A stretch of DNA of 63,271 nucleotides, the filler included, from Hyphochytrium catenoides (lineage: Eukaryota; Protista; Hyphochytriomycota), in NCBI GenBank assembly GCA_900088475.1. It is 6 parts of 6 records of this genome, joined end to end, with 100 filler letters (N's around TTAATTAATTAA, not from the genome) between each part and the next. Parts side by side here need not be neighbours in the genome. Positions count along the whole stretch, not along the records: positions 34,729 to 40,665 come from FLMG01004448.1; positions 40,766 to 51,375 come from FLMG01002916.1; 4 more parts are not named here. The stretch is one strand, 5' to 3'. The first letter of the stretch is position 1; every line of letters starts with the position of its first letter. This document shows, in pieces, positions 38,502-51,475 of this stretch. A model generated the notes under the pieces. It was not told where the DNA came from. It worked only from the letters and a program-made list of their open reading frames with translations, and made no database searches. The translations under genes were made by a program, and so were the position numbers.

Positions 38502-39224
38502 GTGTGTCTCTCTCTCTCTCTCTCTTTTCCTCTCTCTTTCCCATCTTTTCTCTACTATTTACTCTGAAGTGTTATCTGTCACTTTCTGTTATGTTTCTGT
38601 TCCCTCTTGTCAAAACTTCTTGCTGCGCCTTCTCCCTCTCGCTTTCTCTCTAGTCACTCTCTCGTTCGGTCTTTCTCTTGCTTGCTCTCTCTCTCTCTCT
38701 CTCTTTTTTCCTCTCTCTTGTCCCTATCTATCTTTCTATCTCGTTCCATTTTTCTTTTCTGAGCATCATAGTTTGGACTTCCTGCGCATATCGATCTTAA
38801 CTTCCGTTTCTCTCACACGTGCTTCTTCTCTTTCTCTCTCTTTCCCTCTCTCTCACTCTCTCTCTCTCTCTCTCTCTTTCTCTACTCCTTACCGTCCTTC
38901 GATGGAAAAGATAAAAATAGAAGAATTGAAGAACACAACGGGAAGAAGCTAAGGCCGATTGGAAAGAAGAGAGAGAGCAGGAAAGAAAGAACAAGGAAGA
39001 TAAGAGGGAAAGAAAGAAAGAAAAGATTATATAGAGATATGGCTAGTGAAGTGGAAGTGGGAGAGAGAGAGACAGAGAAAGGGAGAGAGAGAGAGAGGGA
39101 GAGCGAAAAGAGAGAGAGAGAGAGAGAGAAATGCAAGTGATAGTCCCAAAGAGAGAGGGAGGATAAGGGAGAGACAGAGAAAGCCAACAAGGAAGAGAGA
39201 GACAGAAGGACAGGAAGCTTCAGG

Positions 39225-40665
39225 TTAATCCTCAAAATCATCGTCATAGCTGCCTTCATCTCTCTCTCTCTCTCCCTCGTTCGTAGGCCTTTCTGCGAGT
39301 ATTTCTAGTAACATTATTCCCTCTTTCTCTCCCTCTGTCTCCGTCTCCCTCTCTTTCTCGGTGTCCTCCACTAGGAACACCGCAGAAAGAGAGAGGCCAC
39401 GTGTCTCTCTCTCTCTTCTCTCTTTTTCTTTCAATTCTAGGGAAAAACTCTCTTCCTCTCTCTTGAAAGTCAAGGAGGAAGAAGGTTCTGTTGGGAGACC
39501 AACTTGCTCTATTTCTTTCTCTTCCCTCTTTTCTCTCTCTTTTTGAAGAGAGAGAGTTTCTTCTGTCTCTCTCGTCCCAGGAGAGAGAGCTTTTGTCTCT
39601 GTTGTAGGAGACTGGGAGGAGGAGGAAGAGGCCAGGATTGCTTTGCTCTTTTCAGGAGAAGAGAGAGACAGCTTCTCTTTCTCTTCTCTCTTCTCTCTCT
39701 CATTTTGAAGAGAGAAAGTTTCTTCGTCTGCCTCTCTCGCCCCAGGAGAGAGAGGTTTTGTCTCTGTTGTAGGAGACTGGGAGGAGGAGGAAGAGGCCAG
39801 GATTGCTTCGTTCTTTTCAGGAGAAGAGAGAGACAGTTTCTCTTTCTCTTCAACGACTCTCTTTTCATTCATCTCTCTCTCCCCGATTTCCTCTCCTCTT
39901 TCTTCTTTTTCAGTCTCTTCTTCCTCTTCCCATAGATACTCTGTATCCTCTTTCTCTTCAACGACCGCTGGTTCTCGTCTCTCTCCCTCTGTCTCTTTCT
40001 CTCTCTCTGTGACTATTATCTCCGTCTCTTTCTTTGTATTCTCTTCTCGTTCTGTTCCTCTCCTTTCTTCTCTTTCTTCTTTCTCCCCTTCTGTCTCTCT
40101 CTCTTCTTCTCTTTCTTCTCTCTCATCTTCTCTTTCTTCTCTCTCTTCGATTCTCCTCAACAATTTCTCTTCCACCTCTTTCTCGAAGTCTCCATCATCA
40201 TACAGAATATCGTAAGAATGGGTCCCAGGATGAGGGAGAGAGACTCTTCCTGGGTACCAGTCTTCCCCTCCTCTGTACCTCGCCATCACTCTCTCTCCCT
40301 CCTGAAAAGAAGAGAGAGAGAGAGAGACTGGTGAAGGATGGTGATCCTGCTCTCTCTCTCTCTCTTCAGTTTCTCTCTCTCTCTCTTTTGCAGCCGTTGC
40401 TTCTTTCTCTCGCGCTAAAAATTCTTCTCTCTCTCTCTTTCTCTTCTCTTCCTCTTCTTTCATCTTCTCTTCCGCTGTCTCTCGACTGTTATTATTCTCT
40501 CTTTCTCCCTCTTCTTCTCTCTTCTTCTCTCTCTCTTGATTGTTGTTTTTCTTTCTCTTCTCTTCTTCCTCTTCTTCTTTCCCCTGCAAATGGCCCATGA
40601 TCTCTTCTAGGAGAGATGGACTCTGTCTCTCGGCTTTTGGGATACTTTCCACCAATTCCGCTAAC
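39225..40665 (-). CDS. Glu/Arg-rich low-complexity protein with a Tudor-like domain (5'-truncated)
   Basis: 476-aa open frame; FQEGERVMARYRGGEDWYPGRVSLPHPGTHSYDILYDDGDFEKEV is Tudor/Agenet-like; ends EGSYDDDFED*. Confidence 0.75.
39520..39860 (-). repeat. In-frame tandem duplication of about 55 codons
   Basis: EEKEKLSLSSPEKxxAILASSSSSQSPTTETKxLSPGxRE...SLQxEREKR occurs twice. Confidence 0.9.
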
Positions 40666-40765
40666 NNNNNNNNNNNNNNNNNNNNNNNNNNNNNNNNNNN
40701 NNNNNNNNNTTAATTAATTAANNNNNNNNNNNNNNNNNNNNNNNNNNNNNNNNNNNNNNNNNNNN
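40666..40765. other. Artificial contig spacer
   Basis: N44-TTAATTAATTAA-N44. Confidence 0.98.
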
Positions 40766-43700
40766 ACGTGGGCTACAGAGAGTTAGGCCTGATCTACATG
40801 AAAGGGAAGAAGGCGCACTCAGGGTTCCCAGAGATTGCCTTTGGGAAGTTTGCCAACAATCTCATATCACGAGGCTACAGGTGCGATAAGACAGAGAAAG
40901 AGCGAGAGAGAAAGAGAATGAGAGAGAGAGGGGAGAGAGCAAAAGAGAGGAAGGATAGGGATTGCTCTCAAAAGAGACAATGGATATTTCTTTTGTTGCC
41001 AGTGTGTACAGTGTGGGAGTAAAGTCGCCTTCCCCTCTCGTTTGCCTTCCCATTTGCTTTCCTTCTCATTTGCTCTCCTTCTCGCCCGCTCTATCTCCTC
41101 CCTCCCCTCTCTCTCTCTCTTTCTCTCTCCCTCTCTCTTCCTCTCGCTCTCTCTTTCTCTCTCTTTCAAACTCTGCTTTGCAGGGTTGCTCGGGTCGAGC
41201 AGACAGAGACCCCTGAGATGATGAAGGACCGTAATGCACAGAACAAGGGCGTCAAATCCGCTCCGGGCGACAAGACGAAGAGGGTACAGAGGATGCTTCC
41301 TCCCTTTTCTCTCATTTATTCTCCTTCTCTCCTACTCTCCTACTTGAGCACCTTCGCTCTTTTTCTCTCTCTCTCTCTCCCACTTCCTTCTTCGTGGCCT
41401 TCTTTCTCTTCTCTCCCTCTCTTCTTCTTTCTGTTTGTAAATAATATAATTCCACCACCCTCCTCTCTTTCTTTCTCTGACGCTTCTTCTCTCTCGCGGG
41501 TTTCCCTCCAATCCGATGTCCTCTCTTCCTAAGCTCACGTCTTCCCAAGCCTTTTCCGCTCTCAGTGGTCGTCTCTCCCTCCCTTCTCTCTCCATCTGTC
41601 ATTCTCAATCTCTTCTCTCTCATACACTCTCACCTTGCAGGTCGTGAAGCGGGAGATGTGTTCTATGCTGAGTAAGGGCACTCGGACTCGCGATGTCTTA
41701 GAGTTCAGTGTGGATGGAGCCCCACAGCTTGAGGACTCTTCTTCTCTTCTCCTCATTATCAAGGAGGAGAAAGGGAGAGAGAACGTGGGAGAAGAGGAGT
41801 GGCAGTACGGCGTCTGTGTCGTGGATTGTACCACGGGCCATTTTCAGGTGAGAGGGAGGAGAGGGACACACAAGACAGGAGAGAATTGCATCTATTTGAT
41901 AGTACGAAGCACTCGCAGGCAATCTCTTTCTCTCTCTCTCTTTCTTTCTCTTTCATTCTTTTTCTCTCTCTCTTCTTTCAGATTTTCTTCTATGGGTTAT
42001 CTAGGGGCTTGTCTATCGTGGTGTCTCCGCCTTATACGGCCCTCCTTTGCTGTTTCTCTGATTTTCTCTCCCCTCTTGGTCTCTCTCTATCCGATTTATT
42101 GACTGTCCCTTCATTTACTCTTCCCTTGCCCACCGTGGCTCATCTCTTCCCCCTCTCTCTCTCTTTCGTTGTTATTGAACACACAGACAGTCTCTCACAC
42201 ACTCTCTCTCGCATTCTTTCTCCTCGCGGTGTCTCTCTCCTCTCTCTTTCTCTCCTCTCTCAACTGCAGCTGGGTCAGTTCTCTGACAATGCTCAGCGGG
42301 AGCGGCTGTACACTCTGCTCTCTATGGTTCGGCCAGCTGAAGCTGTCATTGAGAAGTATCAGTGCTCAGAAGAGTGCCTTCAGATGCTGCGCCTTTGCTC
42401 CCCTTCTCTTCTTCTTGTCCCTCTCTTCTCTCTTAAAGAGTTTTGGGATAAAGAGAGAACCATTGAAGAGCTCAACGAGGTAGTGCCAATCTCTCTGTGC
42501 TTCTCTGTCTTGTAGTTCTGTTCTGTGTCATTCTCCTTCTCTCTCGGTGACTCTGTGTGTGTGTGTGCGCTCTCTCTCACTTTCGCTGTCTCTCCTCTGT
42601 GTGTGTGTCTCTCTCTCTTTGGCTCTCTCTCTCTCTGTGTATCTCTCCCGCACGTTGCCTTGTTTTCTCTTTCACTGGCTACCCTTGCAGCTCGCTCTAC
42701 TCATATGCAGTCTCTGTTTAACTCTACTCAATGCCACTCTGTTGATTCCGAGCCAGCCCTTATCCTGTCTCTCTCTGTTTCTCTCTGTCGCTGTCTCTCT
42801 GTCGCTGTCCTCTGTCTCTCTTCTCGCCTCTGTCTCTCGCCTATCTCTCTCCGTCACTTTCTTTCTTTCTTCTTCCTTGCGCTGTCTCTCCTGCTCTAAC
42901 AGGCTCATTACTGGGACGACGGGGAGTGGCCAGCTGCCCTTCAGACCCTTCGAGAGAGAGAGGACGAGTTCTCTCTCGCTTTCTCCGCCTTCGGCGCCTC
43001 TATCTGGCACCTGCGCCGCTGTCTGATCGACCACGAGCTTATCTCTCTCAAGAACTTCTCTCTGTACTCTCCTCCTGACTCTGCAACCTCTCCTCTCTCT
43101 TCTGGCTCTCTCTCTTCCTCTTCTGACCTCACGGTTCTCTCTGAGGAGAGAGAAGAGGAGAGAGAGGATGCGAGAGAAGGAGAGCACATGGTCCTGGACG
43201 GGCACACCATCTCCAACTTGGAGCTGTTGGCTAACAGTTACGATGGAAAGAGAAAAGGCTCTCTCCTTGCATTTCTGGACCACACTGTCTCCGCGTTTGG
43301 GAGGAGGATCTTGGAAGGTTGGCTGCTGAAGCCGCTGAGACGAGTCAGGGATATTAACTATAGGTAACTGAGGAGAAGCTGCTGTATATACTTCTCTCCT
43401 TCTTCCCCGCATTCCGCTGTTTACGCTCACTCTCTCTCGCGCGCGCTTTTTCTCTTTCAACTCTCTCTCTCTCTCGGTCTGTCTCCTCTCTCTGTTTCTT
43501 GACCTTCCCGCTCACCTTCCCCTTCTCTATCATTATCATTCGGGGGCCATGGTGTTTGGACCCTTCATCTGTGTCTTTATCAACAAGCTTCTTTCTCGCT
43601 TGCTCTTTTCNNNNNNNNNNNNNNNNNNNNNNNNNNNNNNNNNNNNNNNNNNNNNNNNNNNNNNNNNNNNNNNNNNNNNNNNNNNNNNNNNNNNNNNNNN

Positions 43701-44884
43701 NNNNNNNTGAGGAGCTCATGGGTTTGGGCGAGGAAATGACTAATTTTAGAACAGAGCTGAAGAAGCTTCCAGACCTCGAGAGACTCCTCTCACGGTACAT
43801 CCACTGCACAACTTTTCTCTCCTATCAGCCCTCTCTCTCTAACATATAAGATGTATATCTCTGTCTGTCTCTTACCCTTTCTGCCTCTTTGTTTCTGTCT
43901 GTCTCTCTCTCATCCTCTCTCCTCTCTCTTCTTTGTCTTTCTTTCTTCTCACTTTATACTCTCTCTCTCTCTCTCTCTCTCTTATATCTCTAGCATCCAC
44001 GCCTTTGGCTCCAAGCACCGGGCAGAGGAGCACCCTAACAGCCGGGCGATAATGTATGAGGAGAAAGAGTATAACATCAGGAAGATAAAGGTGAGAAGAA
44101 ACAGGGGAGAGATCAGAGAAAAGATAAGGGGAAAAGGTTAGAGCGGTGATATCAGGAGAAGAGAGGATTCGAGCATTGACAGCGGGCGAGAAGGAGACGA
44201 GAAAGACAAAGGGAGCTTATATAAAGGGAGAGAGAGAGGAGACACGTAGGGGCACCAAGACAAAGAGGGGCAGAGAGGAACACAGAGAGTGTGTCGAGAC
44301 AGAGAGAGAGAGACAGAGAGAGAGAGAGAGAAAGGGAGAGAGGTGCGTCCTTGAACTGCGAAGAGGAAACAAAGAGGATTAGAGTAAGATCCTTGTAGAG
44401 AGACGGAGTGAGTTGACCTCTTTCTCTCTTTCAGGACTTCATGTCCGCGCTAGATGGCTTCAAAGCAGCTGACAGTACGTATCTCCTCCTTCTCTCTCCT
44501 TTGGGTCCTTTTCTTTTTCTGTTTGGCCTCTGTGCTGTCTCCTATCTGTCACTTTCTCTCTCTCCCATAGTCGCTCTCTCGTTCTCGCTGTTTTCCGGGC
44601 CAAGTTCTCCCTCTCCTGCCCGTGCTTCTGCTCTCTCTCTGTCTCCTCTCTTTACCCATCTCTCTCCCTCTCTCGGTCTCTCCCTCCACGTCTTTACAAA
44701 TATTTGTTAATCGCTCTCTTCTCTTTCTCTTTTAGCATTGATCAGGAGATTCTCCGAGGGCGGCTATTCGTTCTCTTCTCCTCTTCTCCGAAGTCTGCTG
44801 ACCATGGCACCCAGTGGAGCGCTGAAGAAGGGCAAAGCTTGTTATCCAGACCTCTTAGAGGTAGGTCTTCACTCTTGTCTGCTG

Positions 44885-44928
<44 letters not shown>

Positions 44929-45577
44929 TTCTCCATGCTCCTCCTTCTCTCTCCTTCGTGGTCGCAATACTATGTGCATTTTCTTCCCTTCTTTACGTCA
45001 TTACCTGCGTTGCCGGACTTTCCTTTTCTTGCTTTCCAGACGGCTTTTCTCTCTCCTTCTCTTTCTTCTGCCGATCTGCTGTTTTACTATTATTACTTTG
45101 TAACTCCTCTTCTCTCTCTCAATCTACTCTGTGCAGCTTATGAAGTACTTTGACGGTGCTTTCGACCGTAAAAGAGCGCGGGAAGAGGGCGTGATCTTTC
45201 CTTACGAGGGTGCAGACCCAGATTATGATGAGGTGAGAGAGAGACTAAAGAGAGAAAGAGAGAGAAAGGGTGTTCAATTGATAGGTGAAAGGAACATTTC
45301 AGAAGTGAAGGGATGGACAATGAGAAGCAGGAGAGAGGGAAGAACGCTGAAGACAAGACGGAACGTGATAACGAGAAGGGAGAGAAGAGAGAAAAAAGGA
45401 CAAAGAGAGTCCCACTCCGGACGGAAGACTTCTCTAGGACTAAAAGAAGGCGCTCTCTTTTCTCCTCTGATGGCAGGCGAAACGAGAGGAGACAGAGATA
45501 AAGAGGGAACTGAACGAATATCTTCAGAAAATGCGGAAAGAGTTTCATTGCGCGGTCCGTCTCTCTCTCTCTTTCTT

Positions 45578-45626
<49 letters not shown>

Positions 45627-45767
45627 ACATCCTCTCCCCCCTCCTTCTCTCTTCTCCTACTCTATTTCCTCTCTCTCTCCCTCTCTTTCTCTAGATTTGT
45701 TGCATTGTACACCTCTCTCATTCCGTCGTTCCATTCTCGCGTACTTTGGCTGCTTAGACAGTTTACT

Positions 45768-45802
<35 letters not shown>

Positions 45803-47667
45803 TCTCTTACTCTCTATTCGTTCTCTCTCTCTCTCCAGGAGATCCAGTATTGGGGTACTAAGAAAGAGGAACGATTCCAACTGGAGCTGCCGGAGCGCGT
45901 GTATAAGAAAGGATTGCCAGCAGAATTTGAGACTATCTCTAGAAAGAAGGTGAGACAAAATAAAAGAGAAAGAGAAGATGATCGCAGAGAGAGCGACATG
46001 CGCGTGCTTGAGACCTGCGGGAGACACAGAGAGAGAGAGAGAGAAACAGAGAGAGAGAAAGAGAGAGATCTTCAGACAGGAGTCTACCCTAAAGAGAGCA
46101 ACGTTCGTCATAAGGAGGGCTGAGAGAGAGGGGGAGAGGTCACACATAGACCGCCTCTTTGAGGGAAGAGAGAGAAAGGAAAGGAGGCAAGGGATGAGCA
46201 AAGAGAGAAAGAGAAGGAGACGAGTCTAAGCACTTGCGCCTACAATTTAGGGCTACACGCGGTTCCACACTCCAATGATCAAGAGATTACTGAAGGACCT
46301 TATCGCGGTAGGCAACTCTCCCTCGCTGTCTCTCTCTCTGGTCGGCCTGTCTCTTCATAAGTTGTCTCTCTTCCTCTTTCGTGACGACAAATAAGCTATC
46401 GGATTGCGCGCGTAATCTTTCCCACTCTCTTGCTCTCTCTCTCTCTCCTTCCATAATTCTCTTTCCATGAGGAGTAGAGGGAGGATCTGCCTATCTTACC
46501 CTTAGATCCCATGCAGTATATCATCTATGGTTCCTCTCTCTCTCCTCACTCTTCTGGGTCTCTGTCCTCTCTCTTTCGCAGCTTCTCTCTTCTCTCTCAA
46601 CGAAAATATTCACCGATTGCTCTTCCCCATGCAGGCTGAGGAGCAAGTGGCTGCATGTCTCAAGGATCAGATGAGGAAAGTCTTCCACAAGTTCGCTGAA
46701 AAGTAAGGAAACTCTGAGTAGCTCTTGGTAGAACCTCTCTCTCTCTCTCTCTCTCTGTCTCTCTTTCCCTTCTTTCTTCCCTTGTCTGTTGCCTATTGTA
46801 TCTTTCTTTTCCTTCTGTCCTTCCCGTCTGTGCCTGTCTCCTAAACTCTGGTGCATCAACCTCGAATGTTTTCTCTCTCTCTGCATTTTTCTTGCTATCT
46901 CTTTCCTGGTACTTCTCGTTCACGCGTGTCCTTTTCCTTCTCTTCTGTGCCTTGATGTATCTCTCTCTTTCGGTTTCTCTTTCTCTCTCTCTCTCCTTTT
47001 CGCCTCTCTCTCACTCTCTTCCTTCCTCTGGTCAGCTATGCCTCGTGGATGATGGCAGTCAAATGTCTCGGTACATTGGACGCGCTCATGAGCTTGGCTC
47101 TAGTGAGCAATAACACTGAGAATATGTGCCGACCCACCTTTGCATTACCTCCGCCAGGTCAGTTGGGAAGCTCTCTCTCTCTTCCTCGTTTCGTTCTTGT
47201 CTTCCTCTTCCTCTCTCTCTTTTTGTGTCTCTCATCTTGAGGAAGAGAAGCCTCGAGAGGGAGACTTCCTCAAGCACATCCATCGCCTCCATTTGCTATG
47301 CGTTAGGACCCTTCCCAGCTTCCACAACTCTCTTTCTCTCTCTCTCTTTCTTTCTCTTTCTCTCTCTCTTCTTTTTCTTTGCCCTGCTTCTCTGTGCTTC
47401 TCTCTATCCTTCTCTCTTATTCTCGATGGCCTGTAGGATCTGGACCCTTCCTCGACCTCCGAGGCGGTCGTCATCCTTGTGTGCAAGAGAACATTGAAGG
47501 CGGCTCCTTCATTCCCAACGACACTAGGCTGGGCCACGCAGGAGAAAGAGAGAGAGACGGAGAGACAGAGGATCAAGCGCTATGCAATGAAAAAGGAGCC
47601 CCAATGCTGCTGCTCACAGGGCCAAACATGGTGAGGGAGAGGGAAGGGCCTAGAGAGAGAGGGGGAC

Positions 47668-47708
<41 letters not shown>

Positions 47709-48562
47709 AAGAGAAAGAAAGAAAGAGAGAGAAAGAAAGAAAGAGAGAGAGAGTATAAGAGCTATCGACAGAAAGGAAAAAAGATGAACATGGAAAGACC
47801 AAGAATGAAACGACACAAAGGAACAAAGAGAGACCGAGGCAGAGAGAGATGGGGAGAGACACAAACACTTGCGAGATGACAAAGGAGGAGAAATGCTGAG
47901 GGAAGAAGAGATAGAGGGACACCGAGAGAGGCAGAGAGAAGAGATGCCAGCTAAAGAGATGAAGGTTTGAATCTTGAAGGAAAGAGAGAGCGACGTTGAC
48001 AGCGAGACAGAGTAAGCGGGGATTCAGATATTGGCGTGGTGGCTTTCAGGAAAGAAGAGCAAACGAAGAGAGGAGAGAGAGACTCTGCGCACTGAAATTC
48101 TTCTCTTCCGACGTTTAGGGCGGCAAATCTACGCTTCTGCGGCAAACTTGTGTCATCGTCATCCTCGCCCAGATGGTAAGAGAGAGAACGCTCTTCGCCG
48201 CTCAGATTTAAGACTGACTCTTTCGCTTCTCTGTCTCTTTCTCTGTCTCTCTCTCTCTGTCTCCTTCTCTCTCTCTCTCTCTTCTGCTCTCGTTAACTCT
48301 TCTCTCTCCCCCAAGGGCTGTTTCGTCCCTGCGGAGTATTGCCATCTCTCTCCGGTTGATAGGGTTTTCACCCGCATCGGCGCAAGTGATCGTATCCTTG
48401 CAGGTGAGATTAAAGACTGTACCTTCGCTCTATTCTCTCCACGTTATTCTGTCTCCCGCTCTCTCGCTTTCTCCCTCTCTCTCTCTTTCTCCCTCTTCTA
48501 GTCAGTCTCAAGATCTTTTTCTTCTTTTCTCCATCTCTTTCTCTCTCATACTACGTTTCCCC

Positions 48563-48615
<53 letters not shown>

Positions 48616-48967
48616 CCGTCTCGTTCTTCCTATCGTGTTTGGCCCCCTCTCTCTCGCTCGCTCGCTCCCTCACAGGGAAAGCCTTTTTCTCTCTTTCTCT
48701 TGAGTCTTTCTCTCTCTCTTTCTCCGCGTTCTCTTTTCTCAATCACTCAACTCCCGTTCTCTCAACAGGCCAAAGCACATTCTTCGTAGAACTGAGCGAG
48801 ACCGCGAACATCTTGCATCACGCCACTGATAAGAGCTTGGTCATCCTTGATGAGCTAGGTAGGGCACGAGAGAGAGAGAAAGAGAGAGAGAGAGAGTAGA
48901 GCTTACAAAGTTGACGAATATGGAAGAGAAAAGGAGAGAACCAAAGACTTGGCAAGAGCGAGCACAA

Positions 48968-49024
<57 letters not shown>

Positions 49025-50204
49025 AAAGAAACGTAATTGAGAAGTGTTCTCACCTGTTCTGTGTCTCTCCTGCCTCTCCGCGCTCCTATTTCCGCTCTGT
49101 CTCTCTCTCTCTCTTTTTTTCTCTCTCTCTCTCTCTCTCCTCATTCTGCCTGTGTATGCAGGTCGAGGCACCTCAACCTTTGACGGCACTGCCATTGCTT
49201 ACGCTGTCATTGAGCATCTGTCCAAGGTCGTGGGCTGCCGGACCCTCGTGGCGACGCATTATCACTCGCTGGTCGAGGAATATAAGGAGGATCACAACGT
49301 AGCGCTCGGCCATATGGTGCGTCTCTCTCTTTCTCTGGCTCTTTCTCCCTCTTTGGGGCTCTGTACTCACGCGTCGTCTAGAGCCTCTCTCTCTCACCCT
49401 CCTCCGTCTGTCTTTCTGCTTCTCTCTCTTGGTCTGCCGTTCCCTCATTTCCCCACGAAATCTGGCTTGACTTTATAGGCTAGAACTCGCTTGCTTGCTC
49501 TCTCTCTTTCTCTCTGCTTTGTAGGGCATCTCTCTCACTCTCTCTCTTCTGCCGTTCTCATTCCTTTCTACTAATTCTATTTCCTCTTTTATTTTGTTTC
49601 TTCCTTTTCGTCTCAACGCTGATCCCACGACTCCTGCTTAGTCTTTTTGGGTCTCTCTCACACACTCCGTCTCTCTCCCTGTCTCTCATTTCCTCTCTCT
49701 CTCTCTCACTTTTGTTCATTGTCTCTCTCTCTCTCCTCTATTGATAGGACTGCTTGGTAGACCCTGAGAGCAACAATCAGCGCGTGACATTCCTCTACAA
49801 GCTCGTGGACGGCGCCTGTCCTAAGAGTTACGGAATTAACGTCGCGAGACTCGCCCGACTGCCAGAAAAGGTAAGATCTTCTTCCTTTGCAGTGCCTCCC
49901 ATTCTCCCTCGGCCTTTTCTCTCTCTCTCTCTTTCTCTCTCCGAGTCTCTCTTACTGTTCTTTGTCTTCACACGTTTGACTGTTGCTCTCCCAGGTCATC
50001 CGAGAAGCTCAACGCCGCTCTGAGATATTTGAAGAGTCTCTCCGCACCGCTCACAGAAAAGCTATGACAGGAGGCTCGTCTCCTTCTTCCTCCTCTCAAG
50101 AGCTCTTTCTCCTTCAGCGGTTGGAGGCGGCCGTGGGGAAGGGAGACGTAGAGGCCATTAAAGCGCTTCAGAGAGAAGCTTCGCAGCTATTCTCTTCGTC
50201 CTAG
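40766..50204 (+). CDS. MSH6: DNA mismatch repair protein MSH6 (5'-truncated, about 20 introns, one exon partly in an N gap)
   Basis: [16 protein letters not shown]|[56 protein letters not shown]|[34 protein letters not shown]|[20 protein letters not shown]...[13 protein letters not shown]; TAG 50202-50204. Confidence 0.96.
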
Positions 50205-50209
50205 ACGTG

Positions 50210-50241
<32 letters not shown>

Positions 50242-50949
50242 ATTGTTCTTCCCTTCCGCTGACGTTCATCCTGGCGTTGCGCATCTCTTCTCTCTTATTT
50301 TTGCTCTCTCTCGTCTTTTGCCAACCTTCCCTCATATTACCAGGATAAATGGGAAAAGAGAGAGAGAGCCAGAGACAGGAGAGAGACAGACATAGCAATT
50401 TTGTATCTATAANNNNNNNNNNNNNNNNNNNNNNNNNNNNNNNNNNNNNNNNNNNNNNNNNNNNNNNNNNNNNNNNNNNNNNNNNNNNNNNNNNNNNNNN
50501 NNNNNNNNNNNNNNNNTCTCTTCCCCTCGGCATCTCACTCAAAGCATTCTTGCGATGCAGCGTGCGCTCTGGCTTTCCTCAGTCTTGGTATAGAGTACCG
50601 AGGTGATGGTCCAAGGTTGGTTAAGTAGGGGGAAATTTGTACAGCAAAGAGATAGTGCGAAGGCATGAAGAAGAGAGAGAGAGAAAGAGAGAGCACATAG
50701 ACCTAAGAATGTGGAGAGAATGGGACATAGTGAAGAGAGAGAAAAAGGAGAGGGCAAAGAAGCCCTGCGCATGCGACAGAAAGAAGAAAGATAGCGGAAC
50801 TGGGAAATCAAGAGAGAGAGAGAAAGAAAGTAAGGGAGAGATGAGAGAGGTAGGAGAGGTATTTACAAAAAGAAGATAGGGACAGCGGAGAAGGAAAGAG
50901 AGGAAGAAAGAGAGAGCGCGAGAGAGAAACAGAGAGAGAGAGAGATGGG

Positions 50950-51080
50950 GGGGGATGGCCTGACGAAGAAGCCTCTCTGCTGAGGTGTCGATGCAACGCT
51001 GAAGCCTTCTGAGCGCCACTTCCATCTCTTTCTCCCTTCCATCGGCACGGAGCAGCTCCATCCACTCGTGAGTAGCACTG
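50950..51080 (-). CDS. Isolated exon of an unidentified gene
   Basis: Complex island ATHEWMELLRADGREKEMEVALRRLQRCIDTSAERLLRQ flanked on the minus strand by pyrimidine tracts. Confidence 0.3.
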
Positions 51081-51375
51081 CAAGAAGGAGAAAGAGAGAG
51101 AGAGAGAAAGAGAAAGAGAGAGAGAGAGAGAGAAAGGGAAGAGCAAACGTTGTGGGTCAGACTAGGGAGCAAGAAGAGAGAGAGAAGGAGAAAGAAAAAC
51201 GCAAACGCCAGAGAGAGAAAAAGGGAGTGCAAGAGATAGAGAAGGAGAGAAAGAGAGGGAGAGATTGCGAGGACAACCACAGAAATCCTGAGTAGCCAGT
51301 AAAAAGAAGAGACTAGCAAACCTGGGACACGCATGCGTGCTCAAGCAGAGCATATTCTGCAGCGCATGTTTCCGC

Positions 51376-51475
51376 NNNNNNNNNNNNNNNNNNNNNNNNN
51401 NNNNNNNNNNNNNNNNNNNTTAATTAATTAANNNNNNNNNNNNNNNNNNNNNNNNNNNNNNNNNNNNNNNNNNNN
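51376..51475. other. Artificial contig spacer
   Basis: N44-TTAATTAATTAA-N44. Confidence 0.98.

Larger units (their letters stand above)
30570..51375. repeat. Dense (GA)n/(CT)n microsatellite and polypurine/polypyrimidine sequence filling introns and intergenic DNA
   Basis: Directly visible across the distal part of contig 2 and all of contigs 3 and 4. Internal N gaps (31923, 34386, 37269, 38145, 43611, 50413) fall within or beside these tracts. Confidence 0.97.

Noticed and set aside
45233-45838. Initially read as one GA-then-CT fold-back intron
   Set aside because: It contains a real 78-nt MSH6 exon, so it is two introns.
30566-51353. Dozens of long SLSLSL / ERERER ORFs
   Set aside because: These are translations of (CT)n/(GA)n tracts, which lack stops. 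Only islands with conserved motifs and splice signals were kept.
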